This document shows, in pieces, positions 1 through 9,271 of a stretch of DNA of 61,982 nucleotides (position 1 is its first letter; each line of letters starts with the position of its first letter). Below the pieces are notes generated by a model. That model made no database searches, was not told the origin of the DNA, and worked only from the letters and a program-made list of their open reading frames with translations. Position numbers and translations under genes: made by a program. The stretch is from positions 1 to 61,982 of the forward strand of contig JAGWLG010000019.1 of assembly GCA_028864975.1 (NCBI GenBank), in the 5' to 3' direction. This stretch comes from Thermoplasmata archaeon (GTDB taxonomy: Archaea; Thermoplasmatota; Thermoplasmata; Lutacidiplasmatales; UBA184).

Positions 1-122
1 AGTTATGCTATCGTGTTAGGGAGTTCTCGGGCAGACTCGGTCAACACAATAGGGAATGGGGGTGAGGCGGGAGGGTGGGTGAATTTTCAACGACGCACTA
101 CACACTGGACCCCCGACCCTAC

Positions 123-914
123 TCAGGTTGACCCAAACTCCTCCAAGAACCAATCCACCCATGTCTTCGGCACCCTCTGGCCAAGAGGGGTGTTCATCAC
201 CCTCACGCCGACCAAGGAGAGGAACATGATTGGGATCGCCTTTCCGATGGGCATCCGGGTCTCCGGGTCGTGCTCCCAGGTGACCGGGAGTTCCCGGATT
301 GAGCGGCCCTGCTTGCGGATGTGGTAGAGTACGTCCACGTCGAACGCTCGGTTCGTGAGCGCCACGGCCCGCAGGGCGGGCAAGAGGACCGAGCGGCGCA
401 TGAACTTCGCCCCGCACTGCGTGTCCTTCAACGGGAGGAAGAGGACCCCCTGGACCAGAACATTCCACAGGCGCCCGGCGACCCGGTTGAACAGGGGCTC
501 GTGGCGGAGGACGCGCGCTCCCCGAGCCCACCGCGAGGCCACGACGCAATCGACTTCCTTCAGGTGGTCCACTATTCGGTGCATCTCGCTGGGAGGGATA
601 GGGCCATCGGCGTCGAGGTAGCCAACGTACTCGTACCGCGCCTCACGGAACCCCGCGAGGATCGCCCCCCCCTTGCCGAGCTTGTGGTGAAACTCCAAGA
701 CGCGCACGCCCCGCGCGGCGTAGGCCCGGGCGACCTCGGCGGTCCGGTCCCGGACCCCGTCCACGACGACGAGGACCTCGAAGGGATCACTCCTGGACTC
801 GAGCGCTGGTAGGAAGCGCTCGAGGGTCCGGCCCAGCCGGCTCTCTTCATTCCATGCGGGGATGATCACGCTCAGGCCGGACAGCGAGAGTTCCCCCTGA
901 AAGCAGGATTCCAT
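123..914 (-). CDS. Glycosyltransferase family 2 (dolichyl-phosphate glycosyltransferase-like)
   Basis: C-terminal part of ORF 123..1529: SVIIPAWNEE, VVVDG, GKGGA, YLDADG (DxD), DTQCGAK motifs. Start trimmed to ATG at 914; the upstream part of the ORF is antisense to the next gene. Confidence 0.9.
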   Translation of the reverse strand: MESCFQGELSLSGLSVIIPAWNEESRLGRTLERFLPALESRSDPFEVLVVVDGVRDRTAEVARAYAARGVRVLEFHHKLGKGGAILAGFREARYEYVGYLDADGPIPPSEMHRIVDHLKEVDCVVASRWARGARVLRHEPLFNRVAGRLWNVLVQGVLFLPLKDTQCGAKFMRRSVLLPALRAVALTNRAFDVDVLYHIRKQGRSIRELPVTWEHDPETRMPIGKAIPIMFLSLVGVRVMNTPLGQRVPKTWVDWFLEEFGST

Positions 915-1037
915 GCACGGACTGTCTATAAGCACCTTTCCCAGACCCGGGCCCCGCTGGCTTGCCAGGGCTTTGATCTGCGGGTCGCCGGAGGGGCCCC
1001 CGGGACGTTCTTCTACCCTTGAACCTGACAGTTCGTT

Positions 1038-3251
1038 GTGCCCTTCCCAGCGCTCCTCCTGTTCGCAGAGATGCTGTTCCTCCCGGCCATGCTGGTCCCT
1101 TTCGGGGACCTCATGGTATGGATCGCGGAGAGGGCCCTCGGGGTCCGCCCCACGCTCTCCCTGCTCGAACGGGTCCTGGTCTCCTTCTACGCCGCGGGTG
1201 GCATCCTCTTCACCCTCTCCTACGTCCCCATGGAACTGTTCCTGCGGGCCCGGCTCCCCTTCCTCCTGGTCGGCCTCGGAGCGGTGGGGTGGGCGGCATG
1301 GGGAGCCCGGGGGATTCTCCGGCGAGGGGACCCGGGCGCGGCTCGGGCCCCGTTGCTCGCCTCGGGTCGATGGATCTTGGGTAAGAAGGATCGCGTGCCG
1401 GTCCTCCTGGTAGGTCTCCTCTTCTTGTTCCTCTTGGGATTCGAGATTCTGTTGGTGGGGAGCCGCCTCCTCCCGAACAGCTTCGACGGCAGCGTCCAAA
1501 CGGATTTTGTCTCTCTTCTGCTCTCTCAAGGGAACTCCCCCCGAACGCTCGAACCCATCGCCCCGATGGGGGTGGTCTATCCCCAGGGATCCGCGGTCTG
1601 GTTCGGCAGCGCGACCGCCCTATTCGGCTGGTCGGTGCCACAGTCGCCGGTGCTCCTTCCCCCGCTGTTCATGGCGCTCTCGGTGCCCGCGTTCTACGGC
1701 TGGGGCGCCCGCCTGTTCGGTCCCGGAACCGCCTCCGGCAGGGAGGGGGGATTGATCTTCGCGGCCGGGGGAGCTCTTCTCCTGTCCTGGCCACGTTTCC
1801 TGGTCGGCGGTTCGTACGATTTTCTTTTCGCGATTCCCCTCTTCCTGGTGATGCTCGGATGGTACATGGATCCTACCTCGCGGTCCGTCCTCGGCTGGCG
1901 GGCCGTGGCCCTGCTGGGCCTCGGAGTGGGGGTCATGGCCTCCCTCTCACCCGTCCCAGCGGAGTTCCTGGTGGCGTTCGTAGCCGTCTCCGGGCTCGCT
2001 CGACACCCCGCGTCCCTGCCCAGGGGCCTATGGGCGGCCACCCAAGCGCTCCCTCTGGCGGGGTTTGGGCTCCTGTTCTCGGCCCCCTCGCTTGGGGGAA
2101 TGGCCCGATGGTGGAACTACCCGGGACATATCCTCGCGCCAGGTGGGGGGCCATCGCCTCCCACCCCGCCGGCCCCCAGCGCGACCGGGACGTTCATCGG
2201 GCTCACCGATCCCTTCCTCTTCCGCCCCCAGGACGTGTGGCTCTCGCCATTCCCCCTCGTCAAGGTGGAGATCGCCGTGCTGCTCTTCGGCGGACTCCTG
2301 CTCGTCCTGCACGCGATGACTCGCCGGGAACCCCGAGGGTTCCCTCCTCGAGCCGTGTCGGTCCAGGTCTCCCTGGGCATGGGGGTCGGCATCGCCCTCA
2401 TCGGGCTGGGGACGCTCGGCGGGGTCTCCTCTCCCATAGTTGGCGCGGCGTCAGCGGTGACCTCCGTGGGGGAGATCTCGATCATTCTCTTTCTCATGTA
2501 CGGTGCTCTGGCGCTCCTTCCCATGATCGCTGCGTGGAAGGCCGTGATGCGTTTGACCGCCCCAACGCGTCCTTCCCCTGTCGCGGACGGTTCCAACCCT
2601 GTAAGGGAGAGGGGCGCCGCCAGGATCGTCCCTGGACGGCGAGGGAGAAAGGGGAGGCCGCTCGGACCGGGGATGACCGGTCGGCTCTCTACTCTGACCC
2701 TGGCCCTCATCCTGGTCGTACCCATGGTGACGGCGGGCGCGGAGACGCTGGTAGGGGCCCAGGCCTTCTACGGGGACGGTATCCTCCACCCCCTGTCTAA
2801 CGATTCGGACGCGGACATTTCCATGCTGCAGTGGGCCGCGGCGAGCCTCCCTGTCTGCTCGGGCGTCCTTGTGGCCCCGGGCTCCGCGGGGCAGTTCCTT
2901 CCAGGGTATGCCCCCGATCTCAGGGTCGTGTTCCCGATGAACCCTGGTCCGCAGGGCAACTTCTCCTATGAGCGGGCCGTATCGTACCTCTCGAGCGGAA
3001 ACTACACGGCGGCGGTCAGGGCCGATCTCGTTGCGCTCGGGGTCACCGAAGTGATGGTGACGCCCCGGACCAACATCCTCTGGAGGGCCTTCGCTCCTGA
3101 GTCCTTCACCAACTCGTCCCTTGCGCTTCAGGACTTCACGCTGGTCTATTTCGGAGGGTCCACAGGACCGGGTCCTTCAGACATGGTGTTCGCATTTGGA
3201 CCCGGAGGGGTGGCTCGGAGCTGCCCTTTGCCGCCGGCCGCTCCAGCGTAG
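1038..3251 (+). CDS. Polytopic membrane protein, probable GT-C-type glycosyltransferase
   Basis: 737 aa with many hydrophobic segments, an acidic loop (SFDGSVQTD) followed by YPQG, and a soluble C-terminal domain; lies between GT2 and an epimerase. Confidence 0.6.
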   Translation: MPFPALLLFAEMLFLPAMLVPFGDLMVWIAERALGVRPTLSLLERVLVSFYAAGGILFTLSYVPMELFLRARLPFLLVGLGAVGWAAWGARGILRRGDPGAARAPLLASGRWILGKKDRVPVLLVGLLFLFLLGFEILLVGSRLLPNSFDGSVQTDFVSLLLSQGNSPRTLEPIAPMGVVYPQGSAVWFGSATALFGWSVPQSPVLLPPLFMALSVPAFYGWGARLFGPGTASGREGGLIFAAGGALLLSWPRFLVGGSYDFLFAIPLFLVMLGWYMDPTSRSVLGWRAVALLGLGVGVMASLSPVPAEFLVAFVAVSGLARHPASLPRGLWAATQALPLAGFGLLFSAPSLGGMARWWNYPGHILAPGGGPSPPTPPAPSATGTFIGLTDPFLFRPQDVWLSPFPLVKVEIAVLLFGGLLLVLHAMTRREPRGFPPRAVSVQVSLGMGVGIALIGLGTLGGVSSPIVGAASAVTSVGEISIILFLMYGALALLPMIAAWKAVMRLTAPTRPSPVADGSNPVRERGAARIVPGRRGRKGRPLGPGMTGRLSTLTLALILVVPMVTAGAETLVGAQAFYGDGILHPLSNDSDADISMLQWAAASLPVCSGVLVAPGSAGQFLPGYAPDLRVVFPMNPGPQGNFSYERAVSYLSSGNYTAAVRADLVALGVTEVMVTPRTNILWRAFAPESFTNSSLALQDFTLVYFGGSTGPGPSDMVFAFGPGGVARSCPLPPAAPA

Positions 3252-3300
3252 GGCGCCCTCGTTCGGCCGGCCCGTCGTGTCGGCCGAGCGCGTACCAAGC

Positions 3301-4368
3301 TCAGTTCGCCTGATCGACGACGCTCGTCGCGAGGTTCGGCGTCTCGGGATGCGCTCGCTCGGAAGGGGCCACCATCCGGATCGCGGTGCGCTGGTGGAGG
3401 ATCTCCGGATGGTCCACCAAGAAGCGCACCGTCCTGCGGATCCCCTGCTCGAGAGGAACCGTGGGCCTCCACCCGAGGCCCTCGATGCGCGTGGTGTCGA
3501 GGAGGACCAACGGACTGTCCCCGGGCCACCCCCTCCGACCACCGGTGAACCGGTACCGGGTCCCCTCCAGGCCAAGCTCAGCGCAGACGAGGTCGGCCAC
3601 GCCACGGGCCTCCAAGGTCTCCTTGTGGCCCAGGTTGTAGGTATGGACCGTTCCTCCATCGAGGGCCCTCGCGGCCTCCCAGGCACGCAGCATCGCCTGG
3701 ACCGCGTCGCCGACGTAGAGGTAGGACTTCCTCTGTCGGCCGTCGCCTAGGACCTCGAGCTCCTTCGGGTTGGTCTGCAACTTGTTCACGAAATCGAAGA
3801 CCACTCCATGAGTGTACCGTTCTCCAATGAGGGAGACGAAGCGAAAGATCTGTGCGCGACCACCATCGTAGTGGGCATAGGCCTCGATCGCCGACTCGGC
3901 TGCGAGCTTGCTGGCCCCGTAGAGACTGGTCTGCGTCCCACGGTAGGTCTCCGGCGTCGGGAAGACGTCCGGCTCTCCATAGACGACTGCAGAACTCGTG
4001 AACACCAGGTCAAGGATGCGGTTGGCATGCATGGCCTCGAGCACGTTCTGGGTACCCACTGTGTTCTGCTCGAAGTCCACCCTCCGTCGGTGGATCCCCC
4101 CACGCACGTCCGCGTTCGCCGCCAGATGGAAGACCGAGTCGTGGCCGGCCATGGCGCGCTGGAGGAGCGACTCGTCTAGGATGTCCCCTCTCACCAAGCG
4201 GAGGTGCGGGTCTTGGGGTGCTCCGTTGAGACCGAGCGGTCCCTCCAAGAACTGGGTCGAACCGGTGACGAGGCTGTCATAGACAGTGACCTCGTGGCCT
4301 TTGGCGAGCAGGGCATCTACGAGGTGGCTGCCGATGAACCCCGCACCCCCCGTGACGAATGCCCTCAA
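3301..4368 (-). CDS. NAD-dependent epimerase/dehydratase (UDP-glucose 4-epimerase-like)
   Basis: GGAGFIGSH Rossmann motif, SSAVVYG, YGASK catalytic motif. Confidence 0.92.
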   Translation of the reverse strand: MRAFVTGGAGFIGSHLVDALLAKGHEVTVYDSLVTGSTQFLEGPLGLNGAPQDPHLRLVRGDILDESLLQRAMAGHDSVFHLAANADVRGGIHRRRVDFEQNTVGTQNVLEAMHANRILDLVFTSSAVVYGEPDVFPTPETYRGTQTSLYGASKLAAESAIEAYAHYDGGRAQIFRFVSLIGERYTHGVVFDFVNKLQTNPKELEVLGDGRQRKSYLYVGDAVQAMLRAWEAARALDGGTVHTYNLGHKETLEARGVADLVCAELGLEGTRYRFTGGRRGWPGDSPLVLLDTTRIEGLGWRPTVPLEQGIRRTVRFLVDHPEILHQRTAIRMVAPSERAHPETPNLATSVVDQAN

Positions 4369-4734
4369 GACCGGACCTCAGAGAAGCCGGGGGTAGGAGG
4401 TCTTCGAGGAGGAGCGCAAGAACCCCTGGTCCCACGAGGAGCAAGGGGCGATTACCGGGGGACTGGCGTGCGACGGCTCTGCGTGCTCAACGACCAAAGA
4501 ATGCATGTCGGGCTCCCAAGAGGGAGACCTCTATTCGAGACCCGGTATATGTTTGCTTCGCCGAATTTCTCTTAACGACAAAATGAACGGATTTGTGCAT
4601 CGGAATCTCTGTTCCGCCAACAGAACCCATCGTTTCCTGTCCCCCGCTCCGCGTCGTGCTGCGACGAAGCAAGGGGAGGCGCGCGGAACCTCAAGAAGAG
4701 CGGTCGGCGCCCGCTCGGCTCCTCCCCCCGAACC

Positions 4735-4973
4735 CCTCTGGGATCGTAGAACAGCTCACTGTGGCGCTGCGCATGGTTCGTGATCGGTCCCCTCCGTCGC
4801 TCGACCAGGGGGAAGGCGAGGAACGCCGGGTTGCGGGGAGCTACGCGGTCGTGGAGCGGACGCTCACTTAGCGCGACGCGGACCCACTCTTGGATCGTCT
4901 TCCCCTCCGCTCGGGCCTTCCGTCGGAGAAGCTCGTACTCGGCCTCGGTAAGGCGGGCTTGGGGCAGCTTCTT
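4735..4973 (-). pseudogene. Orphan copy of the CopG/RHH-like antitoxin; start codon lost
   Basis: KLPQARLTEAEYELLRRKARAEGKTIQEWVRVAL closely matches 19233..19475, but AAG (4971-4973) occupies the ATG position and no VapC follows. Confidence 0.75.
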
Positions 4974-5038
4974 GAAAGCTCCATGATCCAGTCGCCTACC
5001 TGAGTCCTTTCGGTCCCGCCGAGTCCCCCCTTGCGTGT

Positions 5039-6073
5039 TCACGGGCTCGTGGGCCAAGGGAACGCCTCCCCGTAGCTCTCGAGGGCCCGTCGCTGTCGAC
5101 GAGGGTTGGACTCGAGGTACTTCATCGTCGTGGCGAGGTTCTCGTGCCGCAGGAACTCCTGGACCGTGCGGTAGACCCCGTCGCGCGAGGCGCTGGGGCT
5201 CTCCAGGAGGCTCTCTTCCAGCATGGTCGCCCCTGAGCGGCGCAGCATGTGAGAGGAGAGGTGGAGGGGGCGCCCCCTCGCGGCCACCCTCACCTCGATG
5301 GCGTGGACCGCTGCGTCGAGAGCGGTTTCGGAGTACGGACGGAGCCCGTGAGCTCTCTTCGAGACCATGACGAGCGCCTCGGGGGGCACGGGACACTCGG
5401 GGTAGAGGAGACGTCCCTCCTCCACGACCGCCTCCCGGTGCACGAGGTACCGGGCGAAGACCGAAGCGAAGGACGGGTGCAACGGCGAATAGGCCAGCTT
5501 GGGCGACCCGCGTCCCTTCCCCCGGATCAGGAGTCGCCCCTGGGCGAGGTCCACGTCCTCCACGCGCAGCCGACGCCATTCGACCCGGCGCATTCCCTGG
5601 CCCAGTCCGAGCATCGCGAGGAAGGCGAGGAGTGGGTCCTCCTGGACCGCTTCGAGGACGGCCCTCGCCTCCTCCCGGGAGAGCCAGCGGACGTTGCGCC
5701 GGGGAAGGGGCGGAGGGATGCCGGCTTCCTCGAAGATCGCGCTCCCCGCGAACCGAGCGAAGTCGGAGATGATCCACAGGCTCCACGTGTCGTGGCCCCG
5801 GAACGCCTTGATCCTCGCCGCATCCTCGAGCGTCCAACGGGCAGGGTCCAGGGGTCGGCCCTCGGACCTGAGGAGGAGAAGGAGCTGGACGACGACCCGG
5901 TGGTAGGACTGGATCGTCCTCTCCACGCAACCCTTCCTCCTCTTGCTCGCGATCCATCTCGTGAAGACCTCCGGGATAGGCACGCCGGGGGCCACGACGC
6001 AACGGTCGGTGGGGCCGGTTCCTGGCGGCGCCGCAGGGCGGTCCTCGGCTTGAGGGAGCGACGGGTTCGACAT
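5039..6073 (-). CDS. Tyrosine recombinase/integrase (array copy 1)
   Basis: Catalytic residues present: GMRRVEW (R), RGKG (K), SHMLRR (H-x-x-R), FLRHENLATTMKYL (H, Y). Confidence 0.92.
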   Translation of the reverse strand: MSNPSLPQAEDRPAAPPGTGPTDRCVVAPGVPIPEVFTRWIASKRRKGCVERTIQSYHRVVVQLLLLLRSEGRPLDPARWTLEDAARIKAFRGHDTWSLWIISDFARFAGSAIFEEAGIPPPLPRRNVRWLSREEARAVLEAVQEDPLLAFLAMLGLGQGMRRVEWRRLRVEDVDLAQGRLLIRGKGRGSPKLAYSPLHPSFASVFARYLVHREAVVEEGRLLYPECPVPPEALVMVSKRAHGLRPYSETALDAAVHAIEVRVAARGRPLHLSSHMLRRSGATMLEESLLESPSASRDGVYRTVQEFLRHENLATTMKYLESNPRRQRRALESYGEAFPWPTSP

Positions 6074-6099
6074 GCCCCACCGGCGTACGCGACGACGGT

Positions 6100-6136
6100 A
6101 TCAAGCTCGAGGGGTGACGGGGGACCTCGACGGTGC
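6100..6136. repeat. Conserved integrase-upstream motif, copy 1 (ATCAAG-N20-CTCGACGGTGC)
   Basis: 26 nt from the integrase start codon at 6073. Confidence 0.85.
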
Positions 6137-6215
6137 CCCCCCAGCTCGACGGAAGGGCGGGCGCGGGCCATGGGGACGCCCGAAAGTGCACGTCGGTGCC
6201 CGTCGTCACGACGGG

Positions 6216-7643
6216 TCAGTCCCCCGGCCTGCCATCGGTCACCGGACGCGTATCGACCCCCGTACCGCGCGCGGCGAGGCTCCCGAGCGCCTCCAGATCC
6301 AGAACGAACCCACCCCTCTGGGCGACGAGGGCGCAGGCCTCTCGCGTAGCACCCCCGCGAGCCACGATGAAAGGACGAACAGGCCGCCGGTCGGTCCGCT
6401 CCATCAGGGAGGACTTTCGCACAAGGTCCCGGACGAGCCCCTCCCCGACGGGACGAGCGCTCCACTTGACCTCGCCACACCAGATCTCCTCCGGGCCCGA
6501 GACCACGAGGTCGATCTCCTCCCCCACGCGATTCCACCATCGACCGATCCGATCGAAGCGTAGCGGATGCCCTTCGACCTCGCTCCCCTGCCGCGACTCG
6601 AGCACGTCGCGGACCACCGCTTCGAAAGCTCGTCCGACGTGGTCCTCCAGGTCGCGCTGAACTCGGGATAGGACCACCGCCTGGCCGTGCTGCTCCAGCA
6701 GGTGACGGTTCGGTCGGACGAAACGGAAGTAGAAACTGAAGAACGGGTCGGAGAGCTCGTAGCGGGTCCGCCGTTCCAGACCACAGACCGGGGATTCGGG
6801 GCGGATCAGGTCGAGGTCCTTCCCGAGGGCCTCGAGATACGGCGTGAGACCCCCTGCACGGACCCCGGTCCGATGCTCGAGCTCGGAGAGCGAGGTGGAC
6901 CCCTGTCCGAGCGCGGCAAGGATGGAGCTGTACCGGTCCAGCGTTCGGAGTTCGGTCAGCAGCAGTTCGTAAGGTTCGTCACGAAAGCGCGCGTCCTTGG
7001 AAAGATAGCAATCCAAGATCGCCTCGTCGAGCCCCTTGCCCACGCTCGGCTCATGGTAGGCGGGAGTCCGTCCGAAGACCGCGAAGCGTCGGACACGGGC
7101 GTCCTCGGGTTCGTGGGGGTAGAGCAACCTGACGCCCGGGTAGCTGAAGGGCCGAAGGTGAAGGTCGTGGGTGAAACGGCCGTAGAGGGGGCCCGTGCGA
7201 TATCGGGTGAGGCGCAGCATCATTCCGATGCTGCTACCGCACAGGACCAGGTGGGGCCCATGCTCCTTCCACCCGAGGTCCCACGTTCGTTGCAAGACCC
7301 CCGCCACGTGCAGATCGCGGTCGGTGAGGTTCTGGAACTCATCGATGACGATCACGCTGGGGTCGGCCCGCTCCAGCGCGTGGAAGAACTCCGGCCAGGT
7401 GGAGAAGGGACCCACGGGACCCCTCACCTGGTCGGCCAGTTGGGTCGTGAGGTCCGTGATCTGGGGGAGCGTGTCACCGGGGGCGGCGGACAGGTAGAGC
7501 CCGCGGGTGGAGCGTAGGATGCGCTGGAGGAGCTCGGTCTTGCCTACCCGACGCCGCCCATACACTCGAATGAGCTGCGGTCGGGGCGCCCGGAGCGCAT
7601 GTTCCAGGAGGGCAAGGTCCTCCGTGCGGTTGTAAAATTCCAT
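6216..7643 (-). CDS. Archaeal ATPase (ATPase_2/COG1672-type) with wHTH and C-terminal PD-(D/E)XK (DUF234-like) domain, copy A
   Basis: FYNRTEDL, GRRRVGKT, IDEFQ, LCGSS, FGRTPAY, DPFFSFYFRFV, RWW..GEEIDLV..GEVKW. Confidence 0.9.
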   Translation of the reverse strand: MEFYNRTEDLALLEHALRAPRPQLIRVYGRRRVGKTELLQRILRSTRGLYLSAAPGDTLPQITDLTTQLADQVRGPVGPFSTWPEFFHALERADPSVIVIDEFQNLTDRDLHVAGVLQRTWDLGWKEHGPHLVLCGSSIGMMLRLTRYRTGPLYGRFTHDLHLRPFSYPGVRLLYPHEPEDARVRRFAVFGRTPAYHEPSVGKGLDEAILDCYLSKDARFRDEPYELLLTELRTLDRYSSILAALGQGSTSLSELEHRTGVRAGGLTPYLEALGKDLDLIRPESPVCGLERRTRYELSDPFFSFYFRFVRPNRHLLEQHGQAVVLSRVQRDLEDHVGRAFEAVVRDVLESRQGSEVEGHPLRFDRIGRWWNRVGEEIDLVVSGPEEIWCGEVKWSARPVGEGLVRDLVRKSSLMERTDRRPVRPFIVARGGATREACALVAQRGGFVLDLEALGSLAARGTGVDTRPVTDGRPGD

Positions 7644-7703
7644 AACTTAGATTATAATGCACCATATTCTAAATAATGTTGCCTAACGGCCCGCCCTGAC
7701 CGC

Positions 7704-8714
7704 TCAGCAGGGGTTGGGCCATGGGAACACCTGCCCGTACCGTTCCAGCGCACTCCTCTGCCTCCGTGGGTTCGATTCGAGGTACCTCATCGTCGTGGCG
7801 AGGTTCTCGTGGCGGAGGAACTCCTGCACCGCTCGATAGACCCCGTCGCGGGAGGCCTCCGGGCTCTCGAGCAGCGCTTCCTCGAGCATGGTCGCCCCCG
7901 ACCGTCGGAACATGTGGGAGGAGAGATGGACGGGCCGTCCCCGGGCCGCGGTTCGCTCCTCGATCGCGTGCACCAACTGGTCCAGGGCCGTGTCCGAGTA
8001 GGCCCGCAGCCCCTGGGCCACCTTCGAGAGCATCACGAGGGCTTCCGGAGGGACCGGGCTCCCCGGATAGCGTAGGAGCGCCTCGTTGACGAGCTCCTGC
8101 CGATAGGCGAGGTACCGCTCGAAGATGGCCGGGAACGCCGGATGGAGCGGAGAGGAGACGATCTTGGGGGTCGCCCTCCCCTTCCCCCGGATGAGGAGCC
8201 GCCCGTTCGGAAGGTCCACGTCCTCCAGGCGGAGACGCCTCCACTCGACCCGGCGCATCCCGTGCCCCAGCCCGAGCATCGCAACGAAGGACAGAAGAGG
8301 GTCGTCCGAGACGGCTTCCAGGACGGCGCGCACCTCGTCGCGGGTCAGCCATCGTACGTTCTTCCGCGCGGGGGCCGGAGGGATCCCGGCTTCATCCAGG
8401 ACCCTGCTGCCGGCGAACCGGGCGAAATCGGCGACAACCTGCAAGCTCCGGCTGTCCTCACGCCGGGACTGTTTGATGCGCTCGGCGTCTTCCAAGGTCC
8501 AATCGGTGGGGTCGAGCGGACGTCCTTGGGCCCGAAGGAAGAGCAGGGCGTGAACCACCACCCGTTGGTACTCACGGACCGTGGAGGGAACACAACCCTT
8601 CCGCCGCTTGCTCTCCAGCCACCGTAGGAGGGTCGGAGGGACCGGGGCGGAGGAGCACGGCGCGGAGGGCGCAAAGGGTTGCGTGGCGGCGGAAGGAGGG
8701 GTGGGGTCGGACAT
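7704..8714 (-). CDS. Tyrosine recombinase/integrase (array copy 2)
   Basis: Same R-K-HxxR-H-Y set. Start moved to ATG 8714 (MSDP), matching the 25-26 nt motif spacing of the other copies. Confidence 0.92.
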   Translation of the reverse strand: MSDPTPPSAATQPFAPSAPCSSAPVPPTLLRWLESKRRKGCVPSTVREYQRVVVHALLFLRAQGRPLDPTDWTLEDAERIKQSRREDSRSLQVVADFARFAGSRVLDEAGIPPAPARKNVRWLTRDEVRAVLEAVSDDPLLSFVAMLGLGHGMRRVEWRRLRLEDVDLPNGRLLIRGKGRATPKIVSSPLHPAFPAIFERYLAYRQELVNEALLRYPGSPVPPEALVMLSKVAQGLRAYSDTALDQLVHAIEERTAARGRPVHLSSHMFRRSGATMLEEALLESPEASRDGVYRAVQEFLRHENLATTMRYLESNPRRQRSALERYGQVFPWPNPC

Positions 8715-8739
8715 GCCCCCGCTTGGTACGGCCGCAGGT

Positions 8740-8775
8740 ATGAAGGTCGACACGACGCGTCGTACTCGACGGTGC
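8740..8775. repeat. Conserved motif, copy 2 (ATGAAG-N19-CTCGACGGTGC)
   Basis: 25 nt from the integrase 2 start codon. Confidence 0.85.
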
Positions 8776-8907
8776 TCCTATTTCGTGAGGGAGGGACGGA
8801 GAAGGTCTTGGAGCGCCCCGGCGTTCGCCGCGACCCGTGATGACGTTCGCCGACACCGCCAAGACGGCGCCAGGGGCCCCGTGGGCCGGTCTTCTCCCCC
8901 TTCCCTC

Positions 8908-9128
8908 TCACGGCGGAGCCGGCCAGGGGAACACCCTGGCGTACGGATCGAAGGCCTTCCTCTGTCGCCGAGGGTTCGACTCGAGGTACCTCATCGTCGT
9001 CGCCAGGTCCTCGTGGCGGAGGAACGTCTGCACCGTCCGATAAACCCCGTCGCACGAGGCCTCAGGGCTCTCGAGGAGCGTCTCCTCGAGCAGGGTCGCG
9101 CTCGAGCTGCGGAACATGAGGGAGGAGG
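8908..9128 (-). pseudogene. Integrase C-terminal remnant
   Basis: MFRSSSATLLEETLLESPEASCDGVYRTVQTFLRHEDLATTMRYLESNPRRQRKAF, with no N-terminal half. Confidence 0.85.
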
Positions 9129-9271
9129 GCGCCAGGCACCGCCCCGGAGCGGCGACGTTCTCCTCGAGGCATGCCCCCACTGGTCCCGCGTGCGGTCCGA
9201 GCGGGTCCGTGGCCCCTGCGCCCTCCGGGACGGCATCGCGAGCGGTGCGGCGAGGATGCTCGTTCCGGACC

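Noticed and set aside
4572-6209. 545-aa ORF overlapping integrase 1
   Set aside because: Alternative-frame GC-rich read-through; only its antitoxin-like segment is meaningful.
9160-9200. catgccccc integrase-like start context upstream of the 8908 remnant
   Set aside because: It resembles the start context of the intact copies, but no ATSAAG/CTCGACGGTGC motif follows, so it was not counted as an eighth motif.
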